This document shows, piece by piece, positions 9,881 through 18,154 of a DNA stretch of 64,000 nucleotides; positions within the stretch are counted from its first letter, which is position 1, and every line of letters begins with the position of its first letter. Below the pieces are notes generated by a model. That model searched no databases. It was not told where the DNA came from and was given only the letters and a program-made list of their open reading frames with translations. This DNA comes from Bacilli bacterium (GTDB taxonomy: Bacteria; Bacillota_I; Bacilli_A; RFN20; DUOF01), in the NCBI GenBank assembly GCA_045128835.1, contig JBGVRX010000026.1, forward strand, positions 16,512-80,511. Direction: 5' to 3'. The position numbers and the translations under genes were made by a program.

Positions 9881-10714
9881 ATGAAAGAAATTAGTCTTCT
9901 AGTAGCAGAGCCAAATCTAGCTCTTCAAGAAGAACTTAAACAAAAATTGAAGTATGAAAACGAAATAGATTTAATAGATATTGTAGGGGATGGAAAGTTG
10001 TGCTTAGAGCAAATTGCAATCCATAATAATATTGATGTATTAGTGTTAGATTCAGTATTACCTACATTAGATGGATTTGAAGTAATAAGAAATATAAAAA
10101 GAAATTATAGAGGATCTGTAAGGAAAATAATAGTAACTGCAGGGTTAATAAATGACTGTTTGTTAAATTTTTTAAATGAATATGGTGTTGAACTATTAGT
10201 TATGAAACCATATGATATTAATTCTTTAATAGCTAAAATTAAAACATTAACAATAAATGAAAATAGAAGTAAATATTCATTGATTATCAATAATAATCAG
10301 TCTAATGAGAATAAAGAGAACATGGATAAAAATAAACTAATAAATGATATTACTCATATTTTACATGAAGTAGGAATTCCTGCACATATAAAGGGATATA
10401 ACTACTTAAGAACAGGAATAGAAGAAATGTATTATTCAACTGATATGCAAGGAAAGATTACTAAAGAATTATATCCTTTTATTGCAAGAAAATATTCTAC
10501 GACATCATCAAGAGTAGAAAGAGCAATTAGACATGCGATTGAGGTGGCTTGGAATAGAGGAAATGTAGATTCAATTGATGATATATTTGGATATACAATA
10601 AATGCATATAAAGCTAAACCTACTAATTCAGAATTTATATCTATGATAGCGGATAGATTAAAACTTGAACATAAATCGCAACAAGTAGAAAATTACTTTG
10701 TTAGAGCAATGTAG
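9881..10714 (+). CDS. spo0A: sporulation master regulator Spo0A (atypical acidic pocket)
   Basis: Receiver domain plus C-terminal signature [15 protein letters not shown] and [16 protein letters not shown] before the ATG at 9881; the track start at 9806 is TTG. Confidence 0.9.
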   Translation: MKEISLLVAEPNLALQEELKQKLKYENEIDLIDIVGDGKLCLEQIAIHNNIDVLVLDSVLPTLDGFEVIRNIKRNYRGSVRKIIVTAGLINDCLLNFLNEYGVELLVMKPYDINSLIAKIKTLTINENRSKYSLIINNNQSNENKENMDKNKLINDITHILHEVGIPAHIKGYNYLRTGIEEMYYSTDMQGKITKELYPFIARKYSTTSSRVERAIRHAIEVAWNRGNVDSIDDIFGYTINAYKAKPTNSEFISMIADRLKLEHKSQQVENYFVRAM

Positions 10715-10868
10715 TGTATACATCTGTATGCACTTTTTTATTTTTTATCAAATTACATTATTTCTTTTAACGCATAAGATTAAAGAATAAATGGAAAATG
10801 ATGTTTTTTGTTTTTATTTGATAAAAAATAGGGTATGTTTGTTATAATATTATTAGGAGATGATTCTA

Positions 10869-12044
10869 ATGGCAAAAGTTATTATTCATATCGATTTGAA
10901 TGCTTTTTTTGCTAGTGTAGAAGAAATCAAGAATCCTAGTTTAATTGGTAAAGCTCATGCGGTAGGAGGAAGTATTAAAAGAGGTGTACTTTCTACTTGT
11001 TCATATGAAGCTAGAAAAAAAGGTATACATAGTGCGATGCCAGTAGCGCAAGCAATGCGTGTATGCCCTGAATTAATAATTAATCCATTAGATTTTAATT
11101 CATATCACGAGTATTCAGAGAAATTCTTTTCTATTATTAGACAATGGTGTGGTAACAAGTTAGAAGTTGCTAGTATTGATGAATGCTACGTTGATTTTAG
11201 TGAATACGAGAATTATTGTGATGAGCCAATAAAGTACTTAAAAGAGATGCAAAAATATATAAAAGAAACGTTAAAGTTAGGGTGCTCAATTGGTGTTGCT
11301 CCTAATAAGTTTTTGGCTAAAATGGCAAGTGATATGCAAAAGCCAATGGGATTTACTGTTTTAAGAAAAAGAGATATTGAGAAAATGCTTTGGCCTTTAG
11401 ATATTGGAGATATGTTTGGGGTAGGTAAAAAAACAGCTCCTAGATTAATAGAAATAGGTATAAAAACAATTGGAGATTTAGCTAAAAGCGAAAATAATTA
11501 TGTGGTAAAAAATTTATTAGGAAAAGGATTTTATACTTATATCAATTGGGCAAATGGTATAGATAATAGTGAAGTTATAGATTATGAAGTAGATGCTAAA
11601 AGTATAGGGAATTCTACTACTTATGATCATGATTTGATTGAAGAAAATGAAATTAAGTTTGAACTGAAAGAATTGGCTAAGACAGTTTCTAGGAGAACTT
11701 GTATTGCTAATTCATTAGCTTTTGGTATATCAATCACCATAAAGTTTAGTGATTTTACGCATATAAATAGGTCTATTAAACTTGATGAACCTATCTGTAA
11801 TGATGATGAAATATATTTGAAAGCATTAAGGTTGTTCGAGAATAATTATTACTATGATAAGCCTATAAGATTGTTAGGGATTACTGTCTATGATTTAAAA
11901 GATAAAAGTGAAGTTATTAAGCAATTGAATATATTTGATATAGAGATCAATAAGACTACAACAAATGACATTATTAATAGATTAAATGAATTAATGGGAG
12001 ATAATGTTTTTAAGAAGGCTAGTGAGGTGAAAAAAGATGATTAA
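10869..12044 (+). CDS. dinB: DNA polymerase IV (Y-family)
   Basis: IIHIDLNAFFASVE and SIDECYVD catalytic motifs, plus the GVGKKT HhH region. Confidence 0.9.
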   Translation: MAKVIIHIDLNAFFASVEEIKNPSLIGKAHAVGGSIKRGVLSTCSYEARKKGIHSAMPVAQAMRVCPELIINPLDFNSYHEYSEKFFSIIRQWCGNKLEVASIDECYVDFSEYENYCDEPIKYLKEMQKYIKETLKLGCSIGVAPNKFLAKMASDMQKPMGFTVLRKRDIEKMLWPLDIGDMFGVGKKTAPRLIEIGIKTIGDLAKSENNYVVKNLLGKGFYTYINWANGIDNSEVIDYEVDAKSIGNSTTYDHDLIEENEIKFELKELAKTVSRRTCIANSLAFGISITIKFSDFTHINRSIKLDEPICNDDEIYLKALRLFENNYYYDKPIRLLGITVYDLKDKSEVIKQLNIFDIEINKTTTNDIINRLNELMGDNVFKKASEVKKDD

Positions 12045-12885
12045 GTATTTAGAACTTTACAAGCAATATTTAGTAGTAGAAAAGGGCTTAGCCATGAATT
12101 CTGTTAACTCATATATTAATGATATTCTTGATTATTTTAAGTTTAATGAAAAAGGGGATAGCGAAGGGTATTTTAAATATTTAAAAGAGAGGAATATAAA
12201 GACTTCTTCAATGGCTAGGAAGATTACCTCTGTTAAAGGATATTATTCTTTTTTGTATAGGAATAAATATATAAAAGAAAATACTTTTGTTTCAATTGAT
12301 TTGCCTAAAAAAGAAAAGAAGTTACCTAACTATTTAACATATGGAGAGATTGAAAGAGTAATAAATGGAATAAAAAAAGATGAGTATTTAGAGAGGGCTT
12401 TATTTGAAACGTTATATGCCTGTGGTTTTAGGGTTAGTGAATTAATTAATATTAGGCTTAAAGATGTTCATTTTGAAGAAAAAATGATAGAATGTATTGG
12501 TAAGGGTAACAAGCAAAGATATGTGCCTGTTAATGATATTGCTTTGGCTTGTATTTATTCTTATATTAAAGAAGTTCGTAGTAATCTAAAGTATAAAGAA
12601 AAAGAAAATTTATTATTTTTAGGTTATAAAGGAAAGAAGTTAACTAGGCAGTATATTTATTTACTTGTTAAGGAGTTATGTTCTAGAGCTAATATTAAAA
12701 AGACTGTGTCACCGCATGTTATTAGGCATAGTTTTGCTACTCATCTTATAGAGAATAACGCAAATCTTAGGGCAGTTCAAACAATGTTAGGACACCAAAA
12801 TATAACTACGACAGAAATATATACGCATGTTAATGCAAGTAAGATTATTGAAGATTATGATAAATATTTTGAAGGGAATGGATAA
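12037..12885 (+). CDS. xerD: tyrosine recombinase XerD/RipX-type
   Basis: Core-binding N-domain, then R...HVIRHSFATHL...LGHQNITTTEIYTHV (R-H-R-Y catalytic set). Adjacent to deoB, as ripX-drm is in B. subtilis. Confidence 0.8.
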   Translation: MIKYLELYKQYLVVEKGLAMNSVNSYINDILDYFKFNEKGDSEGYFKYLKERNIKTSSMARKITSVKGYYSFLYRNKYIKENTFVSIDLPKKEKKLPNYLTYGEIERVINGIKKDEYLERALFETLYACGFRVSELINIRLKDVHFEEKMIECIGKGNKQRYVPVNDIALACIYSYIKEVRSNLKYKEKENLLFLGYKGKKLTRQYIYLLVKELCSRANIKKTVSPHVIRHSFATHLIENNANLRAVQTMLGHQNITTTEIYTHVNASKIIEDYDKYFEGNG

Positions 12886-12886
12886 T

Positions 12887-14080
12887 ATGTTTAAAAGAGT
12901 ATTTGTAATTGTTTTTGATTCTTTGGGTATAGGTAACGCTAAAGATGCAGATAAATTTAATGATGTAGGTAGTGACACTTTAAAAAGTGTTTTAGATAGT
13001 GGTAATGCTAGTGAACTTTCTACATTAAGCGAATTAGGTTTTTTAAATTTATGTAGTGATAAAAAGTATCATGCTAAAGATTATAAAGGAATTATTTGTA
13101 AACTTAATGAAGCAAGTGCTGGTAAAGATACTTTAACAGGTCACTATGAAATGATGGGATTATTAGTAACTAAACCATCAGTAACTTTTACAGATACGGG
13201 TTTCCCTCCTGAATTGATTGCTGAATTAGAGGCAAAGTGGGGAAGAAAGATTATTGGTAATAAGAGTGCTAGTGGTACTGAAATTATCAAAGAATTAGGT
13301 GAAAGACAAATGGAAACAGGAGAAGCAATCGTTTATACTTCTGCAGATTCTGTTTTACAAATAGCTGCGAATGAAGCAATTATTCCTTTAGAGGAACTAT
13401 ATCGAATGTGTGAGATAGCTAGGGAAGTAACTTTAAAGGATGAATGGAAAGTAGATAGAATTATTGCAAGACCATTTGTTGGAACTAATAAAGATAACTT
13501 TAGTAGAACTGCTAATAGACACGATTATGCAACTAGTCCTTTTGCTCCTACTTATATGGATGAATTAAAGGATAATGGTTATGATGTAGTGGCTATCGGT
13601 AAGATTAATGATATCTTTAATGGCCAAGGTATTAGTGAGTTTAGTAAAACTAAGTCTAATTTAGATGGTTTAAATCAAACTATTGAGATTGTAAAGAATA
13701 AAGATTTTGAAGGTTTATGTTTCGTTAACTTGGTAGAGTTCGATAGTGAGTATGGACATAGAAGAAATCCTATTGGATACTATAATTGCTTAAAGGAAGC
13801 TAATGATAAAGTTGAAGAAATGTTACCTTATTTAAGAGAAGATGATTTAGTAATGATTACGGCAGATCATGGTAATGATCCTAAGTTTAGAGGTACAGAT
13901 CATACTAGAGAAATGGTTCCATTAGTTATTTATAGTAAGAAACTAAAAAAAGGAATTGAATTAAGTGAGAAAAAGACGTATGCTTGTATAGGTGCAACTG
14001 TTATGGATAATTTTAATGTTCCTAAGAAAGATTATCATATCGGTGAATCAATGTTAGATGAAATTAAGGAGGCTTTATAA
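12887..14080 (+). CDS. deoB: phosphopentomutase
   Basis: MFKRVFVIVFDSLGIG N-terminus, and the EFDSEYGHRRN and TADHGNDP metal-site motifs. Confidence 0.9.
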   Translation: MFKRVFVIVFDSLGIGNAKDADKFNDVGSDTLKSVLDSGNASELSTLSELGFLNLCSDKKYHAKDYKGIICKLNEASAGKDTLTGHYEMMGLLVTKPSVTFTDTGFPPELIAELEAKWGRKIIGNKSASGTEIIKELGERQMETGEAIVYTSADSVLQIAANEAIIPLEELYRMCEIAREVTLKDEWKVDRIIARPFVGTNKDNFSRTANRHDYATSPFAPTYMDELKDNGYDVVAIGKINDIFNGQGISEFSKTKSNLDGLNQTIEIVKNKDFEGLCFVNLVEFDSEYGHRRNPIGYYNCLKEANDKVEEMLPYLREDDLVMITADHGNDPKFRGTDHTREMVPLVIYSKKLKKGIELSEKKTYACIGATVMDNFNVPKKDYHIGESMLDEIKEAL

Positions 14081-15675
14081 TGAATAAAAAAAGAAATGTT
14101 TGGATTGGAGGAGCTTGGCCTTATGCAAATAGCACATTACATATAGGTCATTTAGCTGGTCTTTTACCTGGTGATGCTTTAGCTAGATATCACAGATTAA
14201 AAGGGGATAATGTAATGTATGTTTCTGGTAGTGATTGTCATGGAACTCCTATTACTTTAAGAGCTAAAAAAGAAAACGTTACGCCAGAGTCAATTAGTAA
14301 TAAATTCCATGAAGGTTTTGTAGAAACTTTCAATTTGTTAAATTTCTCATATAATTTATATACTAGAACATCTACTGATTTTCATAAAAATGAAGTAAAA
14401 GAGTTATTGCAAAAAGTATATAACAATGGTTATATTTATGAAAAAGAAGATGATGCTTTATATTGTGAGATTTGCGGTAAGTTTGTAGAAGATAGAGAGA
14501 TTACTTATACTTGTAAAAAGTGTGGTAAGACTGCTAAAGGTGAAGCATGTGACTGTGGTGAAGTGCCTAGTTTTGAAGATTTAAAAGAAGGTAACTGTGC
14601 TGTATGTGGTCACAAATTAACAGTAAAGAAAGATAAGAACTTATATTTTAAATTAAGTGCTTTCCAAGATAGAATTGAAAAATATTTAGCAGAAAATGAA
14701 AACCATTGGAGAATTAATGCTGTTAATGAAACTAAGAAATACTTAAAAATGGGATTAATTGATAGAGCTATCACTAGAAACCTTGATTGGGGAGTAGAAG
14801 TGCCATTTGATGGATATAGTCATAAAAGAATCTATGTATGGTTTGAAGCAGTACTTGGTTATGTAAGTGCATGTAAAAGATATTGCTTAGAAAACAATTT
14901 AAACTTTAATGATTATTTAAAAGAAGGAAGCTGTGATTTAGCGTACATGGTGCATGGTAAAGATAATATCAACTTCCACACAATTATTTTCCCAGCATTA
15001 TTATTAGCAATTGATGAAAACTATAAATTACCTACAGATATCGTTTCTAGTGAATATTTAACTTTAAACGGTGATAAAATCTCTAAATCTACTGGTAACT
15101 ATGAAGAGACTGCAGATATCGTAGAGAAGGGAAGTAGTGATACATTACGTTTCTTCTTATTAGGATATGGTCCTGAAAAGAAAGATAGTGATTTTAGTAT
15201 GAAATTATACGCTACTATCCATAATAACGAAATTGTAAACAAATTAGGTAATTTCGTTAATAGAACTCTTAAATTCAAAGGTTTAGAAGAAATTAAACAA
15301 GATACTATGGACGAAGATGTTAAAAATACTATTATTAGTTACTATGAAACTATTGGTGCTAAGATTGAAGAGTATGAATTTAAAGAAGCTAGTCATTTAG
15401 TTTTAAATTTACTTGAATATGCTAATAAGTACTATGATGACAATAAACCTTGGGTATTAGCTAAAGAAAACAGAGAAGAATTTAATAGAGTAATGTATAC
15501 ATGTGCTACTATTATTGCTAACTTAGCAAATATCTTAAATCCATTCATGCCGGCTTCAAGCTTAAAAATTAAAAATATTCTTGAATTAGGTGATCTTACA
15601 TGGAATTACACTCAAATCGAAAAAGATTTAAAATTAAAAGAAATAGAACCATTATTTGTAAGAATTACTTTATAA
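14080..15675 (+). CDS. metG: methionine--tRNA ligase
   Basis: HIGH (LHIGH) and KMSKS-like (KISKS) motifs, Cys-rich zinc knuckles. TAATG overlap with the deoB stop. Confidence 0.9.
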   Translation: MNKKRNVWIGGAWPYANSTLHIGHLAGLLPGDALARYHRLKGDNVMYVSGSDCHGTPITLRAKKENVTPESISNKFHEGFVETFNLLNFSYNLYTRTSTDFHKNEVKELLQKVYNNGYIYEKEDDALYCEICGKFVEDREITYTCKKCGKTAKGEACDCGEVPSFEDLKEGNCAVCGHKLTVKKDKNLYFKLSAFQDRIEKYLAENENHWRINAVNETKKYLKMGLIDRAITRNLDWGVEVPFDGYSHKRIYVWFEAVLGYVSACKRYCLENNLNFNDYLKEGSCDLAYMVHGKDNINFHTIIFPALLLAIDENYKLPTDIVSSEYLTLNGDKISKSTGNYEETADIVEKGSSDTLRFFLLGYGPEKKDSDFSMKLYATIHNNEIVNKLGNFVNRTLKFKGLEEIKQDTMDEDVKNTIISYYETIGAKIEEYEFKEASHLVLNLLEYANKYYDDNKPWVLAKENREEFNRVMYTCATIIANLANILNPFMPASSLKIKNILELGDLTWNYTQIEKDLKLKEIEPLFVRITL

Positions 15676-15697
15676 TTCAAATTAGTAATGTATAATT

Positions 15698-15729
15698 AAG
15701 GAGCAAGTTTATCATTTGTTCCTTTTTTT
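15698..15729 (+). terminator. Rho-independent terminator after metG
   Basis: AAGGAGCAA ... TTGTTCCTT (one G-T pair) followed by T7. Confidence 0.7.
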
Positions 15730-15748
15730 ATTAATAAATAATCTCAAA

Positions 15749-15776
15749 ATATTACATAATATATATTATGCGAAGT
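15749..15776 (+). other. dif: candidate dif site (XerC arm, 6-nt centre, XerD arm)
   Basis: ATATTACATAA-TATATA-TTATGCGAAGT. The inner 16 bp CATAATATATATTATG is a perfect palindrome. The centre TATATA and the TTATG arm start match the B. subtilis and E. coli dif sites as I recall them. The site lies exactly at the + to - gene-orientation switch. Confidence 0.55.
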
Positions 15777-15815
15777 TAATTAAATGCGCCAACATTATGT
15801 ATTGGAGGTACTGTA

Positions 15816-16133
15816 ATGAAAGTAATTCCCTATTCACCTGTTAAATGCTTCTATAGAAAGTTTGTTAAATTAGTAGATAATCAATTAGTGGCTAGCAGGC
15901 GAATTAATCTTGGCTTTGTTGAGGTTGTTTATTGGAATGGCTTTTATGAGGTGTTTTTAAGATACGAAAAAAAGAGATATGGTTATTTTTTAAAAACTTA
16001 TTCTAAATTAAATCAAGCTATTAATTTTTTAGAAAATATAGAAATCGTTGATATAAAAAAATTATTACCTAGTGAAATAACTGATAACACACCGCAAAAA
16101 ACGTCTAAATTTCCTTTTTGGTGGAAACAATAG
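15816..16133 (+). CDS. hypothetical basic protein
   Basis: GGAGG SD 8 nt upstream; a terminator follows at 16251-16289. No family recognised. Confidence 0.5.
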   Translation: MKVIPYSPVKCFYRKFVKLVDNQLVASRRINLGFVEVVYWNGFYEVFLRYEKKRYGYFLKTYSKLNQAINFLENIEIVDIKKLLPSEITDNTPQKTSKFPFWWKQ

Positions 16134-16152
16134 CGATTCCCTTTTAAAATTC

Positions 16153-16171
16153 GAAATTTAAAGAATTTGGG
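16153..16171 (+). repeat. 19-nt direct repeat, copy 1 (gaaatttaaagaatttggg)
   Basis: Identical 19-mer at 18273-18291. Confidence 0.8.
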
Positions 16172-16250
16172 CCATTTTATTGCCATTTGCTGCTTGTTTT
16201 GATATTTTTATTTTGTCATTTTATACCTTAAATGATGGATTTTATTTTTA

Positions 16251-16289
16251 AGAGTAATGTTTTTTTGAAATTTTTCATTACTCTTTTTT
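16251..16289 (+). terminator. Rho-independent terminator
   Basis: AGAGTAATG ... CATTACTCT (9 bp) followed by T5. Confidence 0.6.
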
Positions 16290-16290
16290 G

Positions 16291-16318
16291 TTGATTTTTA
16301 TTTTATTGCTTGTATAAT
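16291..16318 (+). promoter_or_regulatory. sigma-A type promoter for the candidate ncRNA
   Basis: TTGATT, 16-nt spacer, TG-TATAAT (16313-16318). Confidence 0.45.
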
Positions 16319-16324
16319 TGTTTG

Positions 16325-16598
16325 TGAAATTGATGCTAACTTTACATGTTTAAAGCACTAGGAATTTATTCCCTTGAAACGAAAGGTTCGAACATCGGTT
16401 TCAAAAAAATAGATCGTGGTGGCTAATGACTACCGCTTGAAGACTATTTTTGTTTAGTTAGTGAGCGACCTTATAGGTATAAAGCTTTGCTTTCCACTAA
16501 CTTATAAAAGAGTGATTGGCTCGGTATTGGCCTTGTGTCTTTGTCCTCGTAGCCTCCAAGGAATGAAGCATTAATTTGCTCTTGGCACTCTTTTTTTT
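16325..16598 (+). ncRNA. candidate ~270-nt structured RNA, class unknown
   Basis: No ORF. Bounded by its own promoter and an AGAGTG...CACTCT hairpin followed by T8. Internal perfect stems: TTGAAAC/GTTTCAA (16374/16398) and AGTTAGTG/CACTAACT (16456/16495). Confidence 0.4.
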
Positions 16599-16601
16599 AT
16601 T

Positions 16602-16625
16602 AAAAAAGTAGGGTTGCTCCCTACT
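16602..16625 (-). terminator. terminator of the Rep-like gene
   Basis: On the - strand, AGTAGGG-agcaa-CCCTACT followed by T6. Confidence 0.65.
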
Positions 16626-17283
16626 CTGTAAAATCATAATATAATTGTGTGGTTAATCTTGGTAAATAGTCTTTTATTCCTTTTTCAATATAATTTAATT
16701 TGTTTTCAATTAATGTGTTTTTTGACTTTCCTAGTATGTAAGAAACACATTTTTTTAATTCCTTATCACCTATTTTATCAGTATATTTTTCAAACAATTC
16801 ATTATATTCATTTAAATTTAATTCATATGCACTTATAAAATTAATATCTATTAAATATTGGGTTATATCATTATTTATCAATTTATCAATATATCTATTT
16901 ATCGATTTATCTTTTGTAATATTCTTTGTAATATTATTGGGTTGCGTTTTTGCTACCCTTAAAGTTGTATTTTTGCAACCAGGGGTTTCATTTTTGCAAC
17001 CACTATTATCGATTATACTTAAGCATCTTTGATATTCTGTATGATCTGTTTTTATTTTTTTGATAAACCCATTTTTTATTAGACTATTTATCCACCTAAT
17101 TATTGTTGTTTTATTTACTTGGTATAATTCTTCAAAATAATTATTTTTAGCCCAACAATAGCCTTTTTCGTTGCTTAAAGCAGTTATTTCTCCATAAAGT
17201 AATTTTGCTCCCATAGGTAAATTTTTACAATATCTAACATTTGCAGGAATTACGGCATAGTAATTTAATTTATTTCTTTCCAT
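16621..17283 (-). CDS. HTH-domain replication-initiator-like protein (plasmid/phage Rep type)
   Basis: The N-terminus YYAVIPANVRY...GAKLLYGEITALSNEKGYCWAKNNYFEELYQVNKTTIIRWINSLIKNGFI is the winged-HTH pattern I associate with HTH_36/DnaD-like plasmid and phage replication proteins. Confidence 0.5.
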   Translation of the reverse strand: MERNKLNYYAVIPANVRYCKNLPMGAKLLYGEITALSNEKGYCWAKNNYFEELYQVNKTTIIRWINSLIKNGFIKKIKTDHTEYQRCLSIIDNSGCKNETPGCKNTTLRVAKTQPNNITKNITKDKSINRYIDKLINNDITQYLIDINFISAYELNLNEYNELFEKYTDKIGDKELKKCVSYILGKSKNTLIENKLNYIEKGIKDYLPRLTTQLYYDFTE

Positions 17284-17462
17284 AACTTATTTAATTTATC
17301 AATATTCATGGATAAGTTGTCACTTAACAGCATTAAGGCTTGATGCCTTTCTTCTGGGCAATTATCTTTACAATAGTAAATAGCTTCTGCTATTATGTTT
17401 ATTGATGAGTTGATTTTTTCTAAACTATAGATTATTTGTTCTAAATTTTCATTAACATTCAT
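17265..17462 (-). CDS. small hypothetical protein, translationally coupled to Rep
   Basis: AAGAGGAG SD before the ATG at 17462. The track start at 17519 is GTG. The 3' end overlaps the Rep start. Confidence 0.45.
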   Translation of the reverse strand: MNVNENLEQIIYSLEKINSSINIIAEAIYYCKDNCPEERHQALMLLSDNLSMNIDKLNKLWKEIN

Positions 17463-17512
17463 TTTTGTTTGCTCCTCTTTTCTTTTGATTGTTGAGGTGC
17501 TATAATTATTAT

Positions 17513-17585
17513 GCACCACATTTTAATAGATTTGTTGTGTGGGAATGAGTAAGTTTGCTTGGTAGGTGGCTTACTCTTTTCTTTT
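17513..17585 (+). ncRNA. candidate antisense countertranscript (ctRNA)
   Basis: TGC-TATAAT (17498-17506) on the + strand, then the hairpin GAGTAAG...CTTACTC (17547-17576) followed by a T-run. Antisense to the RHH-to-ORF84 intercistronic mRNA. Confidence 0.3.
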
Positions 17586-17790
17586 ATTCTCCTAACATGT
17601 TTATTATTGCTTGCCTTACTGCTTCGCTTGCCGTAATTCCTTTATTTTGGCTATATTTTAGCAATTTTATATACATGTCTTTATTAATTCGTACTTTTAA
17701 ATTAATATCTTTAGGATTAGAATTTTCTCTATTTCTTTTTTGCTTTTTAATTTCCAATTTTAAACGCTCCTTTCTTGTTATGTGTTCCAT
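17584..17790 (-). CDS. ribbon-helix-helix (CopG/MobC-like) DNA-binding protein
   Basis: 68 aa. A basic N-terminus, then INLKVRINKDMYIKLLKYSQNKGITASEAVRQAIINML, which fits a beta-strand, helix, helix pattern. Confidence 0.55.
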   Translation of the reverse strand: MEHITRKERLKLEIKKQKRNRENSNPKDINLKVRINKDMYIKLLKYSQNKGITASEAVRQAIINMLGE

Positions 17791-17804
17791 AACATTGTAT
17801 TAAA

Positions 17805-17822
17805 AAGTTGCTTTTTTATATG
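17805..17822 (+). repeat. 18-nt repeat, copy 1 (aagttgcttttttatatg)
   Basis: Near-identical copy aaggttgctttttatatg at 17923-17940. Both flank the tandem promoters, so they could be operators or iterons. Confidence 0.5.
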
Positions 17823-17835
17823 TCCCACATTTACA

Positions 17836-17919
17836 AATATAAATGTTTAGACTTATTTTGTCAAACTTTTTTGTTAATTTAATTGAAATTTTATATTTAT
17901 TTTGATATTTTATTGTCAA
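17836..17919 (-). promoter_or_regulatory. tandem sigma-A type promoters for the RHH-Rep operon
   Basis: On the - strand, TTGACA (17919-17914) and TTGACA (17864-17859). The second has a 17-nt spacer to TATATT (17841-17836). Confidence 0.45.
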
Positions 17920-17922
17920 AGA

Positions 17923-17940
17923 AAGGTTGCTTTTTATATG
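17923..17940 (+). repeat. 18-nt repeat, copy 2
   Basis: See copy 1 at 17805-17822. Confidence 0.5.
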
Positions 17941-17986
17941 ATTTATAAATTCTTAGATGTTTATAAATTATCTTAAAAAATTAACG

Positions 17987-18009
17987 CCCCCCTACGCTAA
18001 GTAGGGGGG
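17987..18009. other. GC-rich hairpin CCCCCCTAC-gctaa-GTAGGGGGG
   Basis: A perfect 9-bp stem with six G-C pairs in AT-rich non-coding DNA, with no flanking T-run. Could be an origin, nick site or att-associated structure. Confidence 0.5.
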
Positions 18010-18082
18010 TAAGTGCCGAAGATTTTGTATCTTTTAATGGAATCAATTGTTTATTCGACTGGTTTACGTTTATTAATTATTT

Positions 18083-18102
18083 GTCAGATATCTGACTTTT
18101 TT
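18083..18102 (+). other. 14-bp perfect palindrome GTCAGATATCTGAC followed by T6
   Basis: Read directly from the sequence. Could be a terminator or a protein-binding site. Confidence 0.4.
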
Positions 18103-18154
18103 AATTGATTTATTGCGTGCGTGCAAACGTATGCTTAAATAAGTGCATTGTTGC

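Noticed and set aside
10715-10868. Searched for LexA (Cheo) boxes GAAC-N4-GTTC upstream of dinB, and also upstream of recN, ruvA and addB.
   Set aside because: No acceptable match was found. The nearest is CGAACAATAATGTTTC at 45897, which has the wrong spacing.
12037-12885. xerD considered as the integrase of the nearby element.
   Set aside because: It lies outside the repeats, in the conserved xerD-deoB arrangement seen in Bacillus, and has the standard XerD length and motifs. It is interpreted as the housekeeping recombinase that the element may exploit.
16232-16294. 20-codon hydrophobic ORF (MMDFIFKSNVFLKFFITLFC), considered as a type I toxin.
   Set aside because: It has no SD and is shorter than known type I toxins. 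The sequence mainly forms the terminator hairpin at 16251-16289.
17555-17803. 82-aa + strand ORF.
   Set aside because: It is antisense to the better-supported RHH gene and is a hydrophobic low-complexity translation typical of a shadow frame.
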